Assembly: GCF_964204645.1 (NCBI RefSeq)
Contig: NC_134034.1
Span: forward strand, 372,001-436,000
From: Tubulanus polymorphus
Lineage: Eukaryota > Animalia > Nemertea
Length of the DNA stretch: 64,000 bases
Reading direction: 5' to 3'
Position numbers and translations under genes: made by a program. Of the stretch, positions 26,871-36,355 are shown in pieces. How positions within the stretch are numbered: the stretch's first letter is position 1; the number at the start of each line of letters is the position of its first letter. The notes under the pieces are model-generated. The model did no database searches. It was given only the letters and a program-made list of their open reading frames with translations, and had not been told where the DNA came from.

Positions 26871-27802
26871 TCTCTGCGGCTGATGACAGAGTAGTCTGAT
26901 CTACAGTAGAACTGTCGCTTTACGAGTAGAAACTAATGTGAATATTTCATCTACGAAATGAATTAAATTATGAAAATTTATAATGAACTACAAAATAATG
27001 ACGAATAAAAAGACGAAATGAATATTGAATGAAGTCCGAGCTTGGTTTTGAAGTTGAAAAATTTTTCCTTTGGGAGTTTTTCGTCTCGCACTGACATGAA
27101 TAGGTCAGAACTTCCGTGCTAATAGGAAAAATTATCACCTCGAAGGAAGATGGGGTTTGGTATCTTATTTTCCTTAAGTTATTTCCCGGTTTCAACGAGA
27201 CATGCCAGCGTGAGCCGACTCTGCCATCATTGACCAGGAGCAAAAAAGTCTAGGCCTAATAAGTACACGGTTGAACGTGACTTATGATGAATAGATGAAG
27301 TCTGAAGCTCTTATACGACTAAGGCTTTATCCAATCCACCGGTGTTTTGTTCTTGGGCTTAAATATTTCCAAATTAAGCAAAATACTTCATGAAAACTAT
27401 ATTCAATATTTGTTAGAACAAATTCCAATATTTTAAGTTGTAAATAAATTTTCCTTTCAGGACAGAACTATGATTTGGACCCATTAAAACTGTTTTTGTT
27501 GAATTCAGTGTCTATTCCAAATCCCACCAGATGGCGGGCGTAAACCTGGACTCGGCGCCATTTGATCCAGTACATTGAGGATTCTCAGCCGAACGAAATG
27601 ATTTTTTCTCTTCCTAAGGCTGCTACAGTAATGAATAAACTTGTTTTTTTTCGTCCCAGCATTCATGATGTATATTTCATGAGTACTGTTTCAAAATGTA
27701 ATCTGCCGGCGTCGAGCGCGCCGGTCGGAGCGCTCCGCATAACGGCGCCGGGTAACGAGCTCGTATTCCGGGCTATGCCGTACTGCCTCTAGCACTAAGC
27801 AG

Positions 27803-27810
27803 CTTCCTCC
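27803..27810 (+). promoter_or_regulatory. 5'TOP/TCT-like pyrimidine transcription start of EF1-beta
   Basis: CTTCCTCC 43 nt upstream of the ATG. This is typical of translation-apparatus and snoRNA-host genes. Confidence 0.5.
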
Positions 27811-27845
27811 ATTTACACGTTGTCGACGCTTCTCTCGAGTTTAAA

Positions 27846-30628
27846 ATGGGTTTCGGTGATTTATCGACTGCAGCAGGAGTATCAGTACTCAATGAATACC
27901 TGGCTGATAAGAGCTATATCGAAGGGTAAGTGAAAAATCTCTGATTTAACCGTTATTTTAGCCGTAATTCGCTACCAAAATGTGATTCAGTTCGTCGATC
28001 GGCCGGATGGTGGCAGCACGTGATAGTAGTGTTTTATTATTTACAGGTATGAACCGTCTCAAGCCGATACAGTCGTCTTCAAGTCGATGAAGTCAACTCC
28101 GTCGGTAGAACTATTCCACGCTCTACGCTGGTACAATCACATCCTGTCATTCCGTGACGAGGCTGACAGGTAAATACAGCGCAACCTAGTGGATTGCTGT
28201 AGCATCATTCAAAAACTAACATCGTCCGAGTTTGTGATGAGATAATTTATTTCTACCTAGAAGAAAATTTGTTTTTACAAATATTTACATGTAATAAGAG
28301 ATATGTTTTAACCGATCACGCCCCCTGGTGATAGTTTAATGAACCAGTTTTTTCATTGTCTCTTCAGTTTCCCGGGAACAAAGAAATCTGTAAGCGAGTA
28401 CGGACCGTCGGTTACCCCGAGCGATAACCGTAAAAAGGCCGCTGCAGCAGATGATGATGATGACGATGACGATGATGATGATTTCGATATGTTAGCCAGT
28501 GATGATGAGGAAGAACAAGCAGCTGCTGAGGAAAGGAGGAAGAAAGCAGAAGCCGCTTATTACGAAAAGAAAGCCAGTAAGTTTAGAGCGGAGCCACCCT
28601 TCCACATCCACTCTCGGCCTTGTGAGTCTGAGTCACCCTTCCATATCCAGTCTAGAGCCATCCTCTATGCACATTGAGGCTGGAGTCATCCTCTATGCAC
28701 ATTGAGGCTGGAGTCATTCTTCCTGTTAAAGTGAGCCCGGAGCCACTGTCCCTGCGCATTGAGCCCGGAGCTGCCCTCCCTGCGCATTGAGCCCGGAGTC
28801 GCTCCCAGCTCAGTGAACCTGAAGCCGCCCACCTGTCCAGAGTTACCCCCTCACAGCCCTAAACATAGTTTTATCTACAAGGATGAAAACTTCACAAATG
28901 AATCAATGATGAATTCAAGTCTAAGAAGTTCTCTGAGTGGAGAAGGGAGCAGGGGGTTATTGTATCATAGGGGGACCTGGGGAGTTGAATGATGGTTTCA
29001 ATTCTTAGGTTCAATTAAACATGTTTGATAAGAGTCTATTACTTATACGATGATGAATTAAATAATCAGAATTCACAATTTCTGAATATTTTTATTACCT
29101 CTAAGAAGTTCTGAGTACAATTCAATAGATCAATAATTTATTGCTGGTATTTCTATTCTATTCGATTGAAATTTCTATGAGAAAGATATTTTTATCTCGC
29201 GCCTACTGACTGCTGTGCTGTGCTGTGCTGTGCTGTGCTGTACTGTGCTGTGATGAATGAACAATTCAGATAAACAGAATGTTGATATTCGATTTTAACC
29301 TCTAAGAAGTTCTGAGCACAAATTTGAATTATTAGGCAGCAGTAGAAGTTGGTATTAGTTTGACTCTTACGAAGGCGGGGGTTCACTATGGGGGTCAGGG
29401 AGGGAGGTGGTTAAACCTGCTGTGCTGTGGAGGGAGGTGGTTAAACCTGCTGTGCTGTGGAGGGAGGTGGTTAAACCTGCTGTGCTGTGATGAATGAACA
29501 ATTCAGACAAACAGAATGTTGATATTCGATTTTAACCTCTAAGAAGTTCTGAGCACAAATTTGACGCAGCAGTGGAAGTTGGTATTAGTTTGACTACTAC
29601 AGGGGTTAACTACAGATGGTCAGGGAGGGAGGTGGTTAAACCTGCTATAGATAGTTGAGACTGTTACAGGGGCTTATTGGCTATTCAGAAGTGGTTAAAA
29701 GTTTCTAAAACCTGCTGCGCCATGATGAATTGACGAAGCAGAATCAAACATTGTTGATATTTGTTTTAATCCTCTAAGAAGTTCTGAGCGCAATAACAAG
29801 CAGTACTGGGTTTGGTAGACTAGGACTGCAGCAGGGAATCAGAACTTAAAACACGGTTCATAAAACGGTCGTTTAAAGTCACGGGATGAAACAATGAACC
29901 TCCACTTATCAGCATTATGTTGTATCATGATTGAAAGGGAGAGATTTTGTTGATTTATTTCAGAGAAGCCGGCTGTGATCGCTAAAAGTTCAATCATTCT
30001 CGATGTGAAACCATGGGAAGATTCGACTGATCTCGTCGAGATGGAACGTCTGGTGAGAACTATCCAAACTGACGGACTCGTCTGGGGAGCCTGTAAGTTC
30101 ATTCAATCGGTTTAATTCTTCAAGGGCTCAAACTGAACCCTAGAATATTACTAGCAACTGCTTTATTTATGCAAATATCTTAAAATGTCATCTTCATTTT
30201 CTTTTCTCCATCGTTTTCAGCTAAATTGATCCCGGTCGCTTACGGCATCAAAAAATTACAGATCATGTGCGTCGTTGAGGATGACAAGGTGAGACGAGTA
30301 AAAACCCGTTTAAATTTCGAGTCCTTGATTTCGTCCGATCGTGGAAACAAATCTAATACTTGAAGCATCGTTACTTTAGGTTGCATTAAATGTTTTCGAT
30401 CAATTTCAACAATTTGATCGAAATCATTAAATGTTTACTAAAGTTTGTAGGATTTGAGTTGACTATATTTCAGAGCACAGCGAGAGAGCTGCGCGAGGTG
30501 TGCTGATGTTGTAATAATATTTTGTATTTAATGGTTTTTAGGTCGGTACCGATTTCTTGGAAGAGAACATCCTCGGTTTCGAAGATCACGTCCAGTCCGT
30601 AGATATCGCGGCTTTCAATAAGATATAA
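27846..30628 (+). CDS. EEF1B2: Elongation factor 1-beta
   Basis: Exons 27846-27925, 28047-28169, 28368-28576, 29964-30092, 30221-30288, 30542-30628. Translation: [35 protein letters not shown]..acidic linker..[71 protein letters not shown] at about 30665. Confidence 0.96.
28874..28941 (+). ncRNA. Box C/D snoRNA, SNORD125-like (predicted 18S Cm1440-equivalent guide)
   Basis: Variant C box AGGATGA at 28880, D' ATGA, C' ATGATGA, guide TCTAAGAAGTT-CT, then D box CTGA 28933-28936. Terminal stem TCTAC/GTGGA. The fifth nucleotide upstream of D is G, pairing with the C of 18S AACUUCUUAGA. Confidence 0.65.
29046..29117 (+). ncRNA. SNORD61: Box C/D snoRNA, SNORD61/U61-like (18S Um1442-equivalent guide), copy 1
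   Basis: C box ATGATGA 29050-29056, guide CCTCTAAGAAGTT, D box CTGA 29111-29114, stem TAC/GTA. Confidence 0.8.
29244..29320 (+). ncRNA. SNORD61: Box C/D snoRNA, SNORD61-like, copy 2
   Basis: C box GTGATGA 29250-29256, D' CAGA, C' ATGTTGA, guide CCTCTAAGAAGTT, D box 29312-29315, stem TGTGC/GCACA. Confidence 0.85.
29481..29557 (+). ncRNA. SNORD61: Box C/D snoRNA, SNORD61-like, copy 3
   Basis: C box 29487-29493, D box 29549-29552. Nearly identical to copy 2. Confidence 0.85.
29716..29792 (+). ncRNA. SNORD61: Box C/D snoRNA, SNORD61-like, copy 4
   Basis: C box ATGATGA 29722-29728, guide TCCTCTAAGAAGTT, D box 29784-29787. Stem TGCGC/GCGCA shows a compensatory change relative to TGTGC/GCACA. Confidence 0.85.
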
Positions 30629-31402
30629 AAATGTGCTGCTTAGAAATTACAACATCAATGTGCGAATAAATAATTTATATCTGAATATTAATTAGTATCA
30701 GTAATTGAGGCTCTGGTTATCACTGGTTAGCCCCCGATATCCCTCGGCTTTGTCCCTCATCTCAGACTCGACATTTTGGGTTATTTGAGAGGTTTTCGAT
30801 ATCTAAGCACGAAGCAGAATTGGGTCAACCTATCCTAGCCCTGAAAAGTAGTTGTTAAAAGGGGTGAGGGTCCCATTCCTCGTGATATTTGATTCCATTA
30901 TGATCAAGCCAGCGCAGGAAACCACACACTGTGAGGATAGTTGCATCTCCGAACATTAGGAGATAGATTTAAGTGGGGTAATTCGAGCTTTTTGGTGTAA
31001 CAAATCACTCGCATGCCGAAGTAGGAATTTCAATCAGTCCGATATCACAACCGTCTAGTGCTGCCGCTATACATATCGTTGACGGCGAATGCGGGAACTA
31101 GCTTGCTACCTACATGCCACAGCAGGAATATTGCGATGACGATTTAGTTCTCATTTTTACCGTCAATGTAATACATAGGGGCAGCACTTGAAGATGCTGC
31201 CCTGAAATAATTTCAGGCAATATAATAAGAATGATATAAAATATGAAATCTATGTTGATGATGGCGTTGACTGAACAAGAGATTTTATATGTTTTTACTT
31301 AAATTTCTTTATTAACATCTTTACACAATTATATTCGAATTATCGAAATTTTCCCTCCACTCGAATAATGACGTCACCTGTGTGTCAAGGTCGCACGTGT
31401 GA

Positions 31403-34400
31403 TTAAATGTGTGTCGTCACGAATACGGAAGATACGACACCAGCGATGATCAAAGCAGACGTGAATTTTACAAATGAACCTGAATAAAATCAAATTGAAT
31501 CAATGGATTTTGCAATTTGCCATTGTTGTTGCCAGTGGAGAGGCTACAACTGGCAATATGCATTGAGAGAGAGGGAGACGGAGACGGAGACGGAGAGCAA
31601 GGAGCGGGAGAGGGAGAGGGAGAGGGAGAGGGAGAGGGAAGGGAGAGCAAGGAGAGGGAGAGCAAGGAGCGGGATAGGGAGAGGGAGAGGGAGAGGGAGA
31701 GGGAGAGGGAGAGAGAGAGGTATCAACAGTCTAGCAGTAAGGAAGAGGTTATCGGAAGCTGGTGTCAGAACTCGCGTTCTCCAGGATGGCATACCAACTA
31801 TGTATGGGAGGGGCTGGATGGATTACCAGCCCAATACTGATATACCTGAATGGATAAATGAAGTCAGTATCGCCACGGCACAATTAGAAAATATGGAGAG
31901 GAGGGAGGCATACGACTAGTTGGGAATGAGAGGCGGGGATAGATTTAACCTATTATCCGCTGTCTGAATGGATAAATACCTGACGCTTTGACGTCCACCC
32001 ATATCTCCTGACCAACTGCTCGACACGGTTTCACAAAGTAAAACCCGGCGTTTTTCAATTTGAAATCTTTTATCGTCAAAATCGACAGACGTTTATCGCC
32101 AACTGTCTGCAGAAATAAAAATATGAAATATAAGGGATGGTTGATCACAGAATACCCCAAAAACATCAAAAACTTCTACTGATGTTTTTCCATTCAGGCG
32201 CGAAAGGCAACCGAGCCCTGGTAAGCGAGTTTGGAAAATGATGGGTTTTTTGATAAACTCGGCAAAGTTACCTCTTCAGTAAGTTTATACTCAGTTTGTT
32301 TAGTATTCGGTATCGGGGCTTTGATTTTACCGAACCACCAGCCCAGTTTGCAGTTGGCGGGTAACGGATTAGCGTAGAACGAGGCGGTCAAGTTGAAATT
32401 TTTAGTTCCGATTTTAACGCGAGGGGTCGCTGGATCTATGGTAAATCGCTCGGGATTAACTGTGAAAGTAGAAGAATATATGTTAGACATAAAAATCGAC
32501 GATTATAGGTTTCATGTTTGTAAATCGGATTCGGTATCGTATTCACAGGATTCACAATATCCTTACATTCGACGTTCAACTTGAGCACCGCAGTTTTCTG
32601 TTGTTCCGGCCGATAGGGGGCCTTGTGATCGAGTTGGTTAGCCGCGCAGACGAGCAGACGACCGTTATCAGCAGACGATACAGTACTCGGTTTCAGATCG
32701 ATATTCGTCGACATGACGGCAGCGTCTGCGCATCCTTGACTTAGAAAATTAAAAATTATTTCATTAGGAGATTACGAGTAAGGACCCGACTACGATTCAT
32801 TGATGGACCCTTCATTCGAGTGAATTTTTGAGTTCTTTACTTTTATTTTGGTGTCACCCTCGCCTGCCAGCAGTGCACCGAAGCTCACTCCTCGGGCAAC
32901 AACCGAACCCCGGCAAGCGAGGTCGGTAAGTATAAACTTACAGTTTGGTGCACGGAGTGACGTCACTCTTGACGCCGCTTGTTAATTTCATCATTCTGTT
33001 ACCAAGCGTCACTTGAATCGATGCCATTTCCGTGTACGATTTCGCCTCGCAGGTCAGGATTGTAGGGGTCGCTGCTTTCTGCCTCAGATCGTACATGACG
33101 TCACTACCATTCGATAGTGCACTCCCGGCTGAGTTTTTCCAATCGACGCTAACAGGGGGCGCTGAAAACGATTTTTACAAATAAAGCGCTTGTTTTGTTC
33201 CAATTTATTTACAGTTCGTCTTACAATATTTAACTTGGTGGTGAAGGTTTTGCTGGTCACATCCCCCTCACACATAGATTCATCAGACATTTCTAATTGA
33301 AATTGAACTAAACACAAGGGGCCGGTTTTATAGACTGGTATTACCTTTAACCCGGGGGCTAACTCAATTGAATTAAGTTAGCCCCCGGGTTAAAATAATA
33401 CTGGTCTATAAAACCGGGCCCAGGAATTAACCAAACATTTTGCAACTGATCTTTTACAGTTCACGTTAAACTGATGAATGTTTCAGTAGATGAACTACAG
33501 GTTCAGACGTCACATCAATTAAAGGTTGGACTGGTTGTCGAGTAATAGGGGGAGGATCAGCGCCCTCTGGTGGCTCACCTATGACAACGATCTCCTTTGA
33601 AACAGCTGGAGTAGGTTTACCCTTCAGCGAACAGGTGTAGTTACCAGCATCAGACGGTTTCAAATCTTAATTAAAAATAAAAACAATTGTATTTTCATTC
33701 AATTCTACTTGGTTTCTGGTTGTGTAAGTCGAGATGTGTAGAAATTCGAGAAAAAATATTCAATAAGTCATCAAATCACTTTTGCAAAAAAAAAATAACG
33801 CCAACTTCGATCATATCAGGTCAACTTTGATCCCTAACCCTAGATGAGCTCGTAACCCTAGCGTGTCATCACCAACTAGCCGGACTCGAACCTGCGACCT
33901 CCAGCGTGCCAGCAGGGCACAATAACCACTAGACCATAGACCAATAGTGAGTGAAATTGTTCGTCTGGTGACCATATCAGCTGTGGCGACCGGTGACCAG
34001 TCAGGTGTGGTAACCGGCAACCAGTCAGGTGTGGTAACCGGCGACCAGTCAGGTGTGGTGACCGGTGACCAGTCAGCGGTAGTAACAGTATGATATCTTC
34101 CTCCCATTTAAAAGTCTAATTAAACCACATTCTATCCGGACAGCTTGGTGTAGCTTAACAGAAAAAGAGCTTTGAGGGGGGGGGGGGGGGTCGAGGGACC
34201 TGTTTATACCTGTTATAGTTAAAACGACGCCACTGGTGGCATCTATTGTCACATTGTAACTGCTCGGAATTCCCTGCACTGCACTACCATTCTCAAACAG
34301 TTTAATTCCCGGATCATCTTGTTTTATAGATCTAGTCCACACAGCATCCGTCAGTCTTTTTACCCCCTGAAATAATCAATTAGACCGTCGTGCACATTGT

Positions 34401-35174
34401 GATGCTAGGATCTTGTGGAGGACGTCGATCAGTTTTTGAATCACTTACACTCGGACATTTTGCTTGCACCGTGGATCCAACTGCTGTCTCGTTACCAGCT
34501 TCAATTGTTACAAATACAACTGTGAAAAAAGACATCAAATCCGAAAATTGTGCGTTGAACCGCACACCACAGTGGAACTGAGTCCCACAACACCGTGGAA
34601 CTGGAGTCCGACAACACCGTGGAACTGAGTCCGACAACACCGTGGAACTGAGTCCCACAACACTGTGGAACTGGAGTCCCACAACACTGTGGAACTGGAG
34701 TCCCACAACACTGTGGAAATGGAGTCCCACAACACTGTGGAACTGGAGTCCGACAACACCGTGGAACTGAGTCCGACAACACCGTGGAACTGGAGTCCCA
34801 CAACACTGTGGAACTGGAGTCCCACAACACTGTGGAACTGGAGTCCCACAACACTGTGGAAATGGAGTCCCACAACACTGTGGAACTGGAGTCCCAGAAC
34901 AACGTGGAACGACTGAGCTCTCCCGTGGAACTGTCTCCCCCAACATAGCTGGGCTCCCCTTCGGAATTACGCCTGGATCTTCCCCGCCCCTGGAACTGGG
35001 CCTCCCCTGCAGAACTACCGGAGTATCGCATGTGGAAGCCCCCCCCCCCCCCTGTAGAACTACCGGGGTATCCCATGTGGAAACTAATCTAATAAACCGA
35101 TTCTACCTACCACAAATCACAATAAATATTGCCACTGTTTTATCGCACAGATCGGGAGGATGAGCGGCGACCAT
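31403..35174 (-). CDS. Immunoglobulin-superfamily cell-surface protein, probably GPI-anchored (about 3 Ig-like domains)
   Basis: Hydrophobic N-terminal exon MVAAHPPDLCDKTVAIFIVIC. Ig motifs VWTR..LTITG..DAGNYTC, DNGRLLVCAANQ..LKLNV, FYANPLP..WW..LSILTIKDFKLKNAGFYF. Last exon GSFVKFTSALIIAGVVSSVFVTTHI* is a hydrophobic tail with no cytoplasmic domain. Confidence 0.75.
31566..31720. repeat. (GAGAGG)n purine-rich microsatellite
   Basis: Directly visible. Confidence 0.9.
33318..33421. mobile_element. Near-perfect palindromic MITE (about 104 bp)
   Basis: CCGGTTTTATAGACTGGTATTA..TTAACCCGGGGGCTAACT / AGTTAGCCCCCGGGTTAA..TAATACTGGTCTATAAAACCGG. Confidence 0.7.
33832..34080 (-). mobile_element. Composite element with tRNA-like head and TTAGGG-like tail, copy A
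   Basis: A box TGGTCTAGTGG, B box GGTTCGAGTCC, downstream TAGGGTTA repeats, upstream 21-bp minisatellite. Confidence 0.6.
34566..34930. repeat. GTGGAACTGGAGTCCCACAACACT minisatellite
   Basis: 22-23-bp units in intron 1 of the Ig gene. Confidence 0.9.
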
Positions 35175-36355
35175 TGTTTAATGATCTCTGTTTATATCCA
35201 ATATGTATAAAATCCGTTTCGCAAAAACAACCACCGCAGTTAATACAAACACACAGATAACAGAATTCCATGCAGAGTGATATGAATATATTGAAATACA
35301 TATTTATTCAGAGATTTTGCATTAATTTGAATAAATCAAGCAGTTTTTTAAATGAGTATTATTTTCCAGGGTCTAACTTCATAGATGGATAATACTGCGT
35401 CGTTTAAGGGTTGGGTTAGGTCTCGTCGTTTATCTCGGTGCGAGTCTCTTTCACGCCATCCATGGTGGGGAAAATGGGCTGGAGTCGAGGATAGGTCATT
35501 TTTATCGGACCGAGTACAATATCCGTATGAACATAACGATTAAAACTGTACGTAATCCTCGTAATGAGCCTCCCGAGTCTCTGAATGGTGGCCAGTGCAC
35601 GTTCACGTGCCAGTGCACGTTCCGGGGCAGGTGTACGAAGCAAAATCCTCCTTTTTAGAACCGGACGTTCATAAAACATGGTACCAGAAAATGACAGGTT
35701 TCTGAACGTTTATCTTGATACATTTATTTACAACTAATTTAAACATTAATAGATTGTGTTCAAATATGTACAGATTAAATAGCGGAAAATTCGTAGAAGA
35801 CATATTCGACGAGTGCTGGGTGATATTCTAGATTTGTTGGGGTCGGAGTTTGCCGAGTATCATAGGCCCGGTTTTATAGACTGGGTATCAAAGTTACCTC
35901 TCGGGGTAAAACACTGAAACTCAGTTTTACCTACGAGCAATTACGTTTAGACAATTGCTCGTCGGTTTTACAAAGCGCCGATATCGAGTGAGTCATCATT
36001 CTGTAGATTGTACGACACACAACAAATAGATCAACTGCTGGTGACACATGTTTCCACGTATATTCTCTATCAGTCTACTCGTGTAACAGAATCGCACGCT
36101 ACCGGGCACGTGTAGTGTAGAATTATGCATAAAAAAGTAGAAACTAAATTATTATTGATGACTCAACCGAGGAATGTCCTGGATCTCCACTCTGTATTCT
36201 CCCCACACCTGCTCTCTCCTGCCCTCTGTCCCCAATCTCTCCTCTCATCATCCACCCCTTATCCTCCTTCCTTTCCTCGTGTGCCCTCTATCCACTTTCT
36301 TCATCCTTTCCCTTAAAAACTCGTAATCATCATCTACAACTAGCGCGGTATCTCG

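Noticed and set aside
28234-28345. GTGATGA in EF1-beta intron 2 as another C/D snoRNA
   Set aside because: No CTGA D box with a terminal stem, and no recognisable guide.
31503-31919. 138-aa ORF antisense to the Ig gene
   Set aside because: Half of it is (GAGAGG)n microsatellite. The remainder is at most a transposon remnant that I cannot assign.
33879-33945. Functional tRNA gene
   Set aside because: A and B boxes are present, but the acceptor and anticodon stems do not pair, and the second copy differs in the anticodon arm. Treated as a tRNA-derived repeat.
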